DNA from: an uncultured Chloroflexia bacterium
GTDB taxonomy: Bacteria > Chloroflexota > Limnocylindria > Limnocylindrales > CSP1-4
Assembly (NCBI GenBank): GCA_963833225.1
Contig: CAWHXD010000008.1
Location: 832,001-896,000, forward strand
Direction: 5' to 3'
Length of the DNA stretch: 64,000 bases
The notes below the pieces were generated by a model. The model saw only the letters and a list, made by a program, of their open reading frames with translations. It ran no database searches and had not been told where the DNA came from. The translations under genes and the position numbers were made by a program. This document shows positions 28,071 through 38,974 of this stretch, piece by piece. The stretch's first letter is position 1. Each line of letters opens with the position of its first letter.

Positions 28071-29348
28071 ATGGAGCGTCCGGTGCTCGCCGTGGTCTTC
28101 GGCACCTTCACCCTGCGTCTCGCGACCGGCGTCACGGGCGCCATGCTCATCTACTACTACGCTGTCATGCCGCGCTACGGCGGCGAGGCCGTGGAGCCCT
28201 GGCAGGTGGGCCTGCTCGGCGCGCTGTTCTACGCGAGCGAGCTGGTCGGGTCACCCATCTTCGGGATCTTGTCCGACCGTGTGGGACACCGTCGAATCAT
28301 GCTGGTGGGGCCAGCGTTCGGCGCGGTCGCGGTGATCATCACCGCCCTCACCGTGAGCTTGCCGGTCATCGGCCTCACCCGCCTGCTCGAGGGCGGATCG
28401 ACCGCGGCCTCGGTGCCATCGATCCTGGGGTTCATCGCCTTCGCGACGGCCTCCGACGAGCTGATGCGCGGCAAGGCGGTCGCCCGCTTCGAGGCGGCGA
28501 CGCTGGCCGGCCTGCTGGCGGGCTTCGTGATCGCCGGCCCGCTGTTCGAGGCGCTTGGCCCGATCGCCTTCCTCGTCAACGCCGGCCTGTACGCGGTGTC
28601 CTTCGCGATCTATCGCTGGGGGGTGCCGCCCGGTGCGGAGACGGCGCCCTCCGCCCGCGGCCACGATCCCGACGAGGGCTTCCGGCGATACCTGCGCATC
28701 CTCCGCGGATCGCACGTGTGGCTGCTCGCTCCAACCTGGATCGCGATCAATGCGACGCTCGGGCTGTACACCAGCCAGACGCTGTTCCAGCTGGTTCGAA
28801 AGCCGGATCCACGCTTCGTTGACCAGGTGCTGATGGGCGGCTTCGACCCATTGCAGGTGAGCGCCGGCCTCGCGGCAGGTGGCCTGCTGTTCCTCGCCGG
28901 CCTGCTGTATTGGGGCGGGCGGTTCCGCGAGCTGCGGCGGACATCGATCATCATCTATGGCATCGCGGGAGGCGCCGTCATGGTGGGCGCGGGCGTGGCC
29001 ATCAACCACGTCGGCTCCGGGTTCCTGCCCCTGCTGCTCGCCCTGGTCATCGTCGGGGCGGGCGGCCTGTTCGTGCTCGCCGGAGCCACGCCGGCGGCGA
29101 TCGGCCTGCTCGCGGACATGACCGAGGCCTACCCGCACGACCGCGGCGCGATCATGGGCCTGTACTCGGTCTTCCTGGGGATCGGCCAGATCGTGGGCAG
29201 CATCGCGGGCGGGTTCGCGGCCCAGTGGGCAGGGCTCGACGGTGTCTTCGTGGCCTCCCTCCTGCTCCTCGCCGTCGCCATCGTGCCCATCAGCTCGCTG
29301 CGTCGCTTCGAACACCAGGTCGGCACGCCGGCAGGCGCGCATGGCTGA
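28071..29348 (+). CDS. MFS transporter
   Basis: ~12 TM segments and motif A GILSDRVGHRR. Confidence 0.92.
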   Translation: MERPVLAVVFGTFTLRLATGVTGAMLIYYYAVMPRYGGEAVEPWQVGLLGALFYASELVGSPIFGILSDRVGHRRIMLVGPAFGAVAVIITALTVSLPVIGLTRLLEGGSTAASVPSILGFIAFATASDELMRGKAVARFEAATLAGLLAGFVIAGPLFEALGPIAFLVNAGLYAVSFAIYRWGVPPGAETAPSARGHDPDEGFRRYLRILRGSHVWLLAPTWIAINATLGLYTSQTLFQLVRKPDPRFVDQVLMGGFDPLQVSAGLAAGGLLFLAGLLYWGGRFRELRRTSIIIYGIAGGAVMVGAGVAINHVGSGFLPLLLALVIVGAGGLFVLAGATPAAIGLLADMTEAYPHDRGAIMGLYSVFLGIGQIVGSIAGGFAAQWAGLDGVFVASLLLLAVAIVPISSLRRFEHQVGTPAGAHG

Positions 29349-29374
29349 CCGGGGACGGCGGGTGTCGAACAGCT

Positions 29375-29439
29375 CGGCCAGAGTGCCCTCCCGGGCGCCG
29401 GCCAGCGTGTCGGCCAGAGTGCCCTCCCGGGCGCCGGCC
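29375..29439. repeat. Direct repeat, 29 bp x2 (period 36)
   Basis: cggccagagtgccctcccgggcgccggcc at 29375 and 29411. Confidence 0.75.
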
Positions 29440-29456
29440 CGGCGCCGGCCCGCGTC

Positions 29457-31082
29457 GTGCGCGGCGCTCGTGGGGCCGTCGTCGCTCCACACCACCTGGC
29501 ATCGGCGGCCGGGCTGGCCATCCTCGCTGCCGGCGGCCACGCGGTGGACGCCGCGATCGCCGCCAACGCCGTCCTCGCCGTGGTGATGCCCAACGGTTGC
29601 GGGATCGGCGGCGACGCGTTCTGGCTTGTCTGGGACGAAGCGGCCGGCGAGCAGGTCGCGCTCAATGGGTCCGGACGAGCGCCGGCGGGCGTGGATGCCT
29701 CGACGCTCCGGACCGCGGGGCTGGACCGCATCCCCCTCCGCGGCCCGATCCCGATCACCGTGCCCGGCGCCGTCCGCTCCTGGGCGGACGCCCATCGGCG
29801 CTGGGGGCGCCTGACGCCCGGTGCGCTGCTCGCGGCTGCCATCGAGCAGGCCGACGCCGGCTTCCCGGCCTGGGACGGGCTGGCGGCCGCCGTGGAGGAG
29901 ACCGCGAGCAGCCTGCCGCGCGAGCCGTGGGCGTCGGGCTTCCGCGAGGTGTGGCGGCCCCATGGCCGGCGCTGGCGGCCGGGCGAGATCATCCGGCTGC
30001 CGGCGCTGGCGGCCACGCTCCGGACCCTCGCCTCGGACGGATTCGACGCGTACTACGAGGGCAGCCTGGCCGACAGGATCGTCCGCGCGCTCGGCGCGGC
30101 GGGTGGGGCACACACGATCGGGGACCTGCGAGGCCATCGGAGCACGTGGGGCCAGCCGATCTCCACCGCCTACCGGGGCATCAGGGTCACGACGCATCCG
30201 CCCAACAGCAGCGGGCTCCTTGCCCTCGAGATCCTCAACATCCTGGGCCAGTTCGAGCCCCCCTCTGCCGCGAGGTTCGGTGGCCGTGGGTGGTCGGATC
30301 CGGCCTGGCTCCATCTCCAACTGGAGGCGGCGAAGCTGGCCTTCGAGGACCGCGACGAGACCCTGACCGACCCAGAGCTCGCGACCGTGCCGGTGGATCG
30401 CCTGCTCTCCCTGCAGCATGCCGTGGATCTCGCCGCCAGGATCGATCCGCGACGGGCGGATCCCGCCCGGCCACCGGCGCGAACCCTGGTGGGGGGCACG
30501 ATCTGGCTGGGCGTGGTGGATTCGGCGGGCAACGCCGTGAGCCTGATCCAGTCCAACGCGGCGGGATTCGGATCAGGCGTGGTCGACCCCCTGACCGGGA
30601 TCCACTTCCAGAACCGTGGCGCCTCGTTCTCGCTGGATCCCGGCCACCCCAACGTCCTCGCGCCCGGCAAGCGGACGGCGCACACGCTGATGCCGGGCAT
30701 GCTGTTTCGTGAAGGCGACCGGCGACCATGGGTCGTCGCCGGATCGATGGGCGGCGACATCCAGCCCCAGATCCACGTCCAGCTGGTGTCGGCGCTCGTG
30801 GACGGCGGCGCAGACATCGCCACCGCGGTTGCGGCCCCCCGCGTCACCGTGGAACCGGACGGCTGGCTCGCGCCCCCGGTCCACGTCATGGCCGACGGAC
30901 GGCTGGGTCGGGGCGTGGAAGCCGGCCTGCGGGCCCTCGGCCACCGGCTCACCCGCACCGGGTACGACGGCGGGCTGGGCCACGAGCACGCGATCGAGCT
31001 GGTGGATGGGGGTCCGGCCGCCGGGGGCTCCCTGGCCGCGACGACGGACCCTCGGAGCGCGGGGCTGCCCGCTGTCCGCTGA
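29457..31082 (+). CDS. ggt: Gamma-glutamyltransferase family protein
   Basis: GGHAVDAAIA, GIGGDAF, TVPG, PPNSSG, GGT autocleavage Thr, QNRG, GSMGG. Confidence 0.9.
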   Translation: MRGARGAVVAPHHLASAAGLAILAAGGHAVDAAIAANAVLAVVMPNGCGIGGDAFWLVWDEAAGEQVALNGSGRAPAGVDASTLRTAGLDRIPLRGPIPITVPGAVRSWADAHRRWGRLTPGALLAAAIEQADAGFPAWDGLAAAVEETASSLPREPWASGFREVWRPHGRRWRPGEIIRLPALAATLRTLASDGFDAYYEGSLADRIVRALGAAGGAHTIGDLRGHRSTWGQPISTAYRGIRVTTHPPNSSGLLALEILNILGQFEPPSAARFGGRGWSDPAWLHLQLEAAKLAFEDRDETLTDPELATVPVDRLLSLQHAVDLAARIDPRRADPARPPARTLVGGTIWLGVVDSAGNAVSLIQSNAAGFGSGVVDPLTGIHFQNRGASFSLDPGHPNVLAPGKRTAHTLMPGMLFREGDRRPWVVAGSMGGDIQPQIHVQLVSALVDGGADIATAVAAPRVTVEPDGWLAPPVHVMADGRLGRGVEAGLRALGHRLTRTGYDGGLGHEHAIELVDGGPAAGGSLAATTDPRSAGLPAVR

Positions 31083-31191
31083 GGCCGCGCCGGGCCGGTC
31101 GCGATCGGCCCGGATGGTATCCTCCGCCAGCCAGTGGCAGCCGCGCTCACACCGACCAGCGGCCGGCAACGTGTGGACACCGGAGGCGCCA

Positions 31192-31464
31192 GTGACCTCG
31201 AACGTGGGCCAGAACTACCCCTATACGAGCGAGACCGCGGCCGAGCGTGAATCTGCCGTCGCGGCACTGATCGATGGCCGCGAGGGTCTCGCCGACACGC
31301 TCAAGGCCGAGTCGCTGCCGCTCGATGAGAACGACCGCTGGTGGGTCTGGAAGTGCCCCACCACGGGATGTCCCGGGCTCCTGCATGCGGCCGGCTATGC
31401 GATCGAGAAGCGAGCCGTGTACACCGTCTGCGACGGAACCTGCGCCAGGACGTTCCTGCGCTAG
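31192..31464 (+). CDS. Small protein with C-terminal zinc-ribbon-like Cys pairs
   Basis: GGAGG RBS then GTG. WWVWKCPTTGC...VCDGTC. Confidence 0.75.
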   Translation: MTSNVGQNYPYTSETAAERESAVAALIDGREGLADTLKAESLPLDENDRWWVWKCPTTGCPGLLHAAGYAIEKRAVYTVCDGTCARTFLR

Positions 31465-31492
31465 CGCGCCCGCGGGCGGACAGGGCGCAGCC

Positions 31493-32311
31493 GTGAAGCC
31501 CGACCTGGACCTGCGCGCCGCACGACGGCGCCTCCTCCTCGACACGGCCGGCATCGCCGTGTCCGTGGTTGGGTTCGGGTTCGTGTTCGGCCTGGCCGCC
31601 CGCAACGCGGGCTACTCCCCCATCGAGGCCATGGCGATGAGCACCCTCGGGTTTGCGGGAGCGGCGCAGTTCGCGGCGGTCGGCTATGTCAGTGCCGGGC
31701 TGCCGTGGGTGCCGATCGTGGTGCTCACGTTCTTCCTCAACGCGCGCCACCTGCTGTACAGCGCCTCGCTGGCACCCCGGCTGAGGCACGTCCCGTTCCT
31801 GCACCGCGCGGCGATGGCCCACGTCCTGACCGACGAGGCCTTCGCGCTCGCCGCAGCGCACTTTCACCGGCTGGGCCGCGTGGACATCGGTGGGTACTGG
31901 ATCGGTGCCGTGCTCGGGGTGTTCATCCCCTGGAACCTCGCCACGCTGGCCGGCGTGCTGGCGGCCGGGACGATCCCGGACCCGGCCGTGCTGGGGCTCG
32001 ATGTCGTGTTCCCGGCAGCCATGGCGGGGCTTGCCGTCGGGCTGATCGCCGGACGGCGAGAGGTCGTGGCGGCCGCGGCCGGGATCGTCTTCGGGGTGGG
32101 GTTGTCCCTCGCCATGGGACCGGCCATCGGGATCGTGGTCGGCGGGCTCGTGGGGCCACTGGCCGGGATGGCCGTGCCGGCAGCGCCGGATCGCGGCGAC
32201 GAGGGACACCCGCCGTCACCCGTGTCTCTGGGGACGAGCCACCTGGACGAGGCGCTCCGCGAGCTGGACACCGTGCCTGCCGACGTCCCGGACCCGGAGA
32301 CGGGGCGATGA
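31493..32311 (+). CDS. azlC: AzlC family branched-chain amino acid exporter subunit
   Basis: FAGAAQF, NARHLLYS, LTDEAF. Confidence 0.9.
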   Translation: MKPDLDLRAARRRLLLDTAGIAVSVVGFGFVFGLAARNAGYSPIEAMAMSTLGFAGAAQFAAVGYVSAGLPWVPIVVLTFFLNARHLLYSASLAPRLRHVPFLHRAAMAHVLTDEAFALAAAHFHRLGRVDIGGYWIGAVLGVFIPWNLATLAGVLAAGTIPDPAVLGLDVVFPAAMAGLAVGLIAGRREVVAAAAGIVFGVGLSLAMGPAIGIVVGGLVGPLAGMAVPAAPDRGDEGHPPSPVSLGTSHLDEALRELDTVPADVPDPETGR

Positions 32312-32634
32312 CCACGGAGCTCGTCCTGCTCGCGATGCTGATGGCCGCCGTCACGTACCCGTCCCGGGCGATCCCGCTGCTCGCGCCCGGGATCGAGCGC
32401 CTGCCGCCGGCCGCGCTGCAGTACCTGCGGCTGGTGGGGCCCGCGGTGCTCGCCTCGCTGGCGGCGGTCAACACCCTCGTCGTCGGCGGCCAGGACGGAC
32501 CGCGAACCCTCCACGTCGGCATCGAGACGATCGCTGTCCTGGCCTGCGTCGCCCTCGTCGCCTGGCGCCGGAACCTGTTCCTGGGGCTCGTCCTGGCGGT
32601 CGCGATGGTCGCGCTCCTGCGGGCGATCGGGTAG
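32308..32634 (+). CDS. azlD: AzlD domain protein
   Basis: VTYPSRAIP motif in a small TM protein overlapping the azlC stop (ATGA). Confidence 0.85.
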   Translation: MTTELVLLAMLMAAVTYPSRAIPLLAPGIERLPPAALQYLRLVGPAVLASLAAVNTLVVGGQDGPRTLHVGIETIAVLACVALVAWRRNLFLGLVLAVAMVALLRAIG

Positions 32635-32742
32635 CCCGCGCATTTCCACTTGACGCCGAGGCCAAGACGGGGAACGCTTGGAGCCTCGGGACCGTGGCTG
32701 CCCCACGCGCCCATGCCCACATCTCATCCCGGAGGAGAGCAC

Positions 32743-35700
32743 ATGCACCGGAGGAGGCTCCTCATCACGATCGGCGCATCCGCGCTGATCGCCCTCGGCT
32801 CGCTGCCGCTACCCGCGTTCGCCGCGGGTCCCGACCGCGTTCCACAGCAGATCGACTTCAGCAAGATCGATCCGACCTTCCGCTCCCGCCTGGCAGAGAC
32901 CAACCAGCCGGTCAACGTCGTCCTCGAGCTGGCCGCCCGGCCCGCGATCGGCGTCGCCACCACCCGCGCCGGCCAGCAGGCCGCAGCCGAGCGGCTGCGC
33001 ACCGCCCAGAAGCCCGTCGTCGCCGCGGTCAACAAGACCGGCGCCAAGGTCATGGCCCGCTACCAGTACGCCTACAACGGCCTCCGCGTCCGGACCAAGA
33101 TGGGCAAGCTCGGCGAGCTTGCCGCCATCCCCGGCGTCGTCGCCGTCCGGCCGCTGCGCACCTACGAGCGCACGAACGTGACCGGCGTGCCCGCCATCGG
33201 CGGTCCGGTGGCGTGGGAGCAGAGCGGCGCCACGGGCGCTGGTGTGGTCGTCGCGGTCGTCGATACCGGCATCGACTACACCCACGCCAACTTCGGCGGG
33301 CCCGGGACCGAGGAAGCCTACGCGGAGAACGATCCGCTGACGATCGAGGCCGGCACCTTCCCGACCCGGAAGGTCATCGCCGGCTACGACTTCGCCGGCA
33401 ACGACTACGACGCCAACGGCGACGCCGGCTCGACCACCCCGACGCCCGACGAGGACCCGCTCGACTGCGGCGCCCACGGCAGCCACGTGGCCGGCACGAT
33501 CGCCGGCGAGGGCGTGCTCGCGGACCACTCGACCTACACGGGCACCTACAACGAGTCCACCATCGGCGACCCCGCCGACTGGACGATCGGCCCGGGCGTC
33601 GCCCCCGAGGCCAAGCTCGTGGCCCTCAAGGTCTTCGGCTGCGAAGGCTCGACCGATCTCGTCGTCGACGCGCTCGAATGGGTCGGCGAGTACAACGCCA
33701 CGCACGTCGTCGGCATCGACGTCGTCAACATGAGCCTCGGATCCCCGTTCGGCGACTCGACCGATGTCGACGCCGTCGCCTCCAACAACCTGGTCGCCTC
33801 GGGCGTCGTGGTCGTCGCCTCGGCCGGCAACGAATCCTCGGTGCCGTTCATCACCGGCGCCCCGGCCGTCGCCACGGGCGCGATCAGCGTCGCCGCCTAT
33901 GACGCCACGCCCTCGCTGCCGATGGCGACCATCGAGAACTCGGGTGACGACATCCCGGCCATCAACCAGAACGCCTACCCGGGCCTGCCGGTCAGCGGCG
34001 ACCTCCACGTCCTGAGCGACGGTGGCAGCGGCGTCAGCCTCGGCTGCGAGGTCGGCGACTATGACCTCGCAACCGAGGGGACGATCGTCGCGGTCAAGCG
34101 CGGCGACTGCCCCTTCGTGGACAAGGGTGCGGCGGCCGAGGCCGCAGGTGCCATCGGCATCATCGTGATCAACCGCGATGACACCGATCCCGGAGACCTG
34201 CCGACCTTCATCGGGTACAACCCCGAGGAGTTCGAGATCCCGATGATCGGGACCGACAAGACGGCCCAGGCGGACCTGATGGCGATCGACGGCGAGGCCA
34301 TCAACCTGGTCTCCGCCGGCACGCGAGGCCAACCCGACCTACAGCGAGATCACGGACTTCTCGTCCTCCGGCCCGCGCTGGGGCGACAACGCGCTCAAGC
34401 CCGACGTCGCCGCCCCCGGCGCCAACGTCATCTCGACCCTCAATGGCAGCGGCTGGAAGGGCACGACGTACAGCGGCACCTCGATGGCCGCCCCGATGAC
34501 CTCGGGCGCCGCGGCCCTCGTCATCCAGGCCCACCCGGCCTGGCCGCCGCTCAAGGTCAAGGCCGCCCTGGTCAACACCGCCGACGCCGACATCGTCGTC
34601 GACTACAGCCCCGAGCGGGCCGGATCCGGCCTGATCGCCGCTGACCGGGCAACTGAAGGCGAACGTCGTCGCCACGACCGGCGCGGCGACCGCCTCGCTG
34701 TCCTACGGGTACGTCCGCGCCAGCGGGGCGTGGTCGGCCAGCAAGACGATCACCATCTGGAACGACGGCATCGAGCCGGCCACCTACACGCTTGCGGCGA
34801 GCTCGTCGCTCGTCACCCTGTCCCCCACGACCGTGACGGTCCCGGCGGGCTCGTCGATGGACGTCGTCGCCACGGCCCACCTGTCCAAGGCGACCGTGAG
34901 GGCGCTCGACACCGTCGACCAGTTCCTGACCGGTGACTTCACCGGCCTGTTCACGATGAGCGGCGTGGTGGTCGCCACCCCGTCCGGGTCGATCACCGGC
35001 CAGCAGTCGCTCCGGATCCCGTATCTCGCGGTGCCGCGCGGCGTGTCCAACGTCGTCGCAACGCAGGCCAGGAACTGGTCCTCGGCGGCCGGCATCAAGT
35101 CCGGCAAGCTCCGGCTCACCAACTCGGCCGGGCACTCGGGCTGGGCTGATGTCTACGCCCTTGGCTTCAAGGATCCGTCCGGCGACGGCGCGCACGGCAC
35201 GGACGTGGCCGCCGCAGGCGTCAAGGTCGAGTCGGCCGAGGCGCTCGGGGTCGACGATCCCGACGATCGCGCCATCACCTTCGCCGTCAACATGCACGAC
35301 CGGTTCTCAACGGCGGCGCCGCACGAGATCGACGTCGCCGTCGACGTGGACGGTGACGGCAGCGCGGACGCGTACGTCATCGCCTACGACGTCGGACTGC
35401 TGTTTGCCGGTGCGTACTCCGGGCAGACCCTGTCCCTGATCACCGACGCCGACTTCAACATCATCGACTACTGGGAGGCGAATACGCCGCTCAACGGGTC
35501 CACGATGCTGCTGCCGGTGCTCGCGTCGGAGCTCGGTCTCGCGGACGGCGCCGGCTCATTCAAGTACCGGGTCTACGCCTTCGACGGCTACACCGGTGAC
35601 GCCGACATGACGAAGTGGTCGAAGACGTTTGACGCCTACGACCCCACGATCTCGACCGGCAAGTTCAAGGAAGTCGACGCCAAGTCGGCGACCAAGGTCA

Positions 35701-35807
35701 AGGTCTGGTTCAACAAGGCCGACGCGCCGCGCGGCTGGATGGTCGTCACCCTCGACGACTGGAACAACTCCCAGGCCGACATCGTGCGGGTGCCCCTCAA
35801 GAAGTAG
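32743..35807 (+). CDS. Secreted S8 subtilisin-like protease (Vpr/C5a-type) with prodomain and PA domain, frameshifts near 34325 and 34655
   Basis: Signal peptide MHRRRLL, catalytic VVDTGID / HGSHVAG / GTSMAAP, SAGN, PA motif KRGDCPFVDK. Confidence 0.92.
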
Positions 35808-35832
35808 GAGACCCCGCTCCCATCGAGCTCAC

Positions 35833-35865
35833 GAAACCGCCCCGGCCACCGGCCGGGGCGGTTTC
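35833..35865. terminator. Bidirectional hairpin terminator
   Basis: gaaaccgccccggcc-N3-ggccggggcggtttc between convergent genes. Confidence 0.75.
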
Positions 35866-35920
35866 ACGTTCAGCAACGGTCAGCGGATCGAACCCTCGCG
35901 ACCCCGCACGTGGCGCCGGG

Positions 35921-37171
35921 TCACAGCGCCGCGCCCGCCCGGGCCAGCCGTTCGGCCCGCCACCGACCCACCTCCGGGTCCCGCCCGATGGCCGCGATCA
36001 GCGCCGCCAGCATCGTCGTGCGGGGCACGATGGAGGCGACCTCCAGGTACTCGCCAGGTGAGTGATCCAACCCGCCGATGGGTCCCAGGCCGTCGATCGT
36101 GGGGACCCCCATCCCGGCCGTCGTGTTGGCATCGGACGCACCACCCGTGGCGGCATCCCGGAGCGGGAAGCCCAGCTGCGCGGCAAGGGCGACCGCATGC
36201 TCCACGAGCCGACCCGAGCGGTCCAGCTTCTCCATCGGCCGGTGGCGGCCGCTCTCGGTGGTCTCGACGGTGACGCCGGGGACCAGCCTGGGGACCAGCG
36301 TCTCGGTGATCGCCGCCTCGACCGCGTCGAGTTCCGCGCCCGTGACGGCCCGCACATCCACCTCCAGTGTGCACCGCGCGGCAACCACGTTGGGCCGCGT
36401 CCCGCCCTCGATCACCCCGACATTGACGGTGACGCCGGGCCAGCGCCCGTTGAGCGTATGGAGGTCCTGCGTGATGCGGGCGGCCTCGAGGATCGCGCTG
36501 CGACCCTTCTCGGGCTCGACGCCGGCATGGCTGGCCCGGCCGTGCACGTTGATGGCCAGGTCCAGCGTGCCCTTGCGCGACGAGACGAGGTCCCCGTTCG
36601 CCCGCGCGCACTCGAGGACCAGGCAGGCGTCGGCCTCTCGAGCGAGCCTGCGGATGTGCGGCGAGGAGGCCGGTGAGCCGATCTCCTCGTCCGGGTTGGC
36701 CACGAACACGAGCCGCGCCAGCGGCACCCCGCCAAGCGCTTCACGCAGCGCGCCGACGGCATACAGCCCGGCGAGCAGCCCGCTCTTCATGTCCGTGACG
36801 CCAGGCCCGGTTGCGATCCCGCCCTGGATCTGGAACGGTCGCTCCGCCGCGCTGCCCTCGTCGAACACGGTGTCCATGTGGCCGATGCACAGCAGGGTTG
36901 GCCCCGCGGGATCCGTCCCGCGCAGCGTCCCCACGACGGTCTCGCCCAGACCCAGGTCGTTGGCATGAACGGTCACCGAGAATCCCAGGGTCCTGAGGCG
37001 CTCGGCCGTCCAGCGCCCGATCACGTCGACCCCGGCCCTGGTGTAGCTGCCGCAGTCCACGTTCACCAGCCGTTCCAGGTCGCCGAGGAAGGCCGGATAG
37101 GTGCGCTCCACGCTCGCCCGGATGGCGGCGAGCTCCCCGGGAAGCACGAGATCGGGATCGGGTGTCGCCAT
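35921..37171 (-). CDS. M20 family metallopeptidase (carboxypeptidase G2-like)
   Basis: GHMDTVF, GPGVTDMKSG, DEEIGS, HAG, GGASD, H-x-x-x-E near the C-terminus. Confidence 0.92.
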   Translation of the reverse strand: MATPDPDLVLPGELAAIRASVERTYPAFLGDLERLVNVDCGSYTRAGVDVIGRWTAERLRTLGFSVTVHANDLGLGETVVGTLRGTDPAGPTLLCIGHMDTVFDEGSAAERPFQIQGGIATGPGVTDMKSGLLAGLYAVGALREALGGVPLARLVFVANPDEEIGSPASSPHIRRLAREADACLVLECARANGDLVSSRKGTLDLAINVHGRASHAGVEPEKGRSAILEAARITQDLHTLNGRWPGVTVNVGVIEGGTRPNVVAARCTLEVDVRAVTGAELDAVEAAITETLVPRLVPGVTVETTESGRHRPMEKLDRSGRLVEHAVALAAQLGFPLRDAATGGASDANTTAGMGVPTIDGLGPIGGLDHSPGEYLEVASIVPRTTMLAALIAAIGRDPEVGRWRAERLARAGAAL

Positions 37172-37246
37172 GCCCACCAGTCTATCGGGCGCCGTGGCCC
37201 ATCCGGTCGCTCCCGTCCCCGTCCGCTCGCGTAGAGTGTCCGGACC

Positions 37247-38974
37247 GTGCGACTGCTTGAGATCCGGCTGCTCGAGGGGCCCAACGTCTACCGGCTGGTT
37301 CCGGTGGTCAAGGTCGAGGTCGCCGTCGGCCGGTCGCACGCCTGGCGGGGCTCCCGCTCGCCCTCGAATGACGCCCTGGTGCACCTCGCCCGCGATGTCC
37401 CCGCCCGTGAGTGGCCGGACCCCGTCGCGGATGTCGTGGCCTGGACGCGCCGGCTGCGGGCGGACCACGGGGAGCAGGCGGGGCCGGTCAGGGTCCACCG
37501 GTCCTCGGATGCGGGGCGCTGGGCGATCACCTGGCCGTGGTCGGGTGCGGCACGGGCCAGGCTCGTCGCGGAGGCGGCGGTGGACCTCGCCGGGCGCTCG
37601 GTCTCGCCGGCGCGACACGTCCGGCTGACGATGACCCAGGCCCGCTGGGTCGACGGCTGGGAGGCACGCATCGCCGCAGCCACGGCCGCGCCGCCATCCT
37701 GGATCCGCGATGCCGACCGGCGGATGCCGGTCGCCTCGATCACCGGGACCAACGGCAAGTCCACGGTCACGCGCCTGATAACCCACATCCTGCTGCGGGC
37801 CGGGCGCCACGTCGGCACGACCACCAGCGACGGGATCCTCGTGGACGAGCGGATGATCGAACCGGGCGACTGGACGGGTCCGGGTGGCGCCGCCGCGATC
37901 CTGCACCGATCCGATGTCGACGCGGCGGTGCTGGAGACGGCGCGCGGCGGCCTGGTGCTGCGTGGCATGGGCTACGAGTCCAACGAGGTCTCGGTGTTCA
38001 CCAACGTCTCGTCGGATCACCTCGACCTCCAGGGGATCCACACGCTGCCCGAGCTGGCCGAGCTCAAGGCGACGGTGTGCCGCGTGACCCGGCCCGACGG
38101 GCTCGTGGTCCTCAACGCCGATGACCCGCTGGTGGCCGCCGTCGCGCGTCGGGTCCGGGCCCGGGTCGCGTATTTCTCGATGGATCCGGCGCGCTTCCCG
38201 CAGGTCGCGCGTCACCGGCAGCGCGGCGGGCTGGCGTGGCTGCTGCTGGGCCACCACCTTGTGGAGTGCGAGGGACCGGCAGAGCACGAGCTGCTCGACG
38301 TCGCGGACCTCCCCGTCGCCCTCGGCGGGCTGGCCAAGCACAACGTCGCGAACGCGCTGGCGGCGGCCGGTGGAGCGCGAGGACTCGGAGCGTCACGCGC
38401 CGAGGTCGCCGAGGGCCTGCGCCACTTCCGCCCGACGGCGGACCTGTCCCCCGGCCGGCTCAACCTGTTCCGTTTCGGCCACCAGACGGTGATCATCGAC
38501 TTCGCCCACAACGAGGCCGGGACGGATGCCATCCTCGACGTTGCCGCGGGGATCGCCGGCGGGACCCCTGGGCGCGCTGCGCCGGTGACGGCGATCATCG
38601 GCACGGCGGGCGACCGCCCGGACGACACGCTGCGGGGCATCGCGCGCATCGCCGCCGGGAAGGCCGATCGGGTCGTGATCAAGGAGACGCTCGACTACCT
38701 GCGCGGGCAGGCTCGTGAGCAGATCGTGCGACGGCTGGGGGAGGGCCTGGCGGAGGCGGGCGTCGATCCGGCGACCGTGCCCGTCTACGAGAGCGAGACG
38801 GTGGCCCTGGAGGCGGAGCTCGCCAGGCCAGGGTCGCCCGCGCCCGGCATCGGCGCCGCGGATGCTCCCCGCGTCACGGTCCTGTTCTGCCACCAGGACC
38901 GCGACCAGGTGTTCGCGCTGCTGGAGCGGCTGGGGGCTCGCAGCCTGGATGCGCTCGCCCCGGACCGTGGCTAG
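37247..38974 (+). CDS. Cyanophycin synthetase-like protein: short N region + Mur-ligase (M) domain, no ATP-grasp domain
   Basis: N-terminus LLEIRLLEGPNVY resembles the CphA start. ITGTNGKST, TTSDG, ETARGG, TNVSSDHL, PGRLN, DFAHN, GDR. Confidence 0.85.
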   Translation: MRLLEIRLLEGPNVYRLVPVVKVEVAVGRSHAWRGSRSPSNDALVHLARDVPAREWPDPVADVVAWTRRLRADHGEQAGPVRVHRSSDAGRWAITWPWSGAARARLVAEAAVDLAGRSVSPARHVRLTMTQARWVDGWEARIAAATAAPPSWIRDADRRMPVASITGTNGKSTVTRLITHILLRAGRHVGTTTSDGILVDERMIEPGDWTGPGGAAAILHRSDVDAAVLETARGGLVLRGMGYESNEVSVFTNVSSDHLDLQGIHTLPELAELKATVCRVTRPDGLVVLNADDPLVAAVARRVRARVAYFSMDPARFPQVARHRQRGGLAWLLLGHHLVECEGPAEHELLDVADLPVALGGLAKHNVANALAAAGGARGLGASRAEVAEGLRHFRPTADLSPGRLNLFRFGHQTVIIDFAHNEAGTDAILDVAAGIAGGTPGRAAPVTAIIGTAGDRPDDTLRGIARIAAGKADRVVIKETLDYLRGQAREQIVRRLGEGLAEAGVDPATVPVYESETVALEAELARPGSPAPGIGAADAPRVTVLFCHQDRDQVFALLERLGARSLDALAPDRG

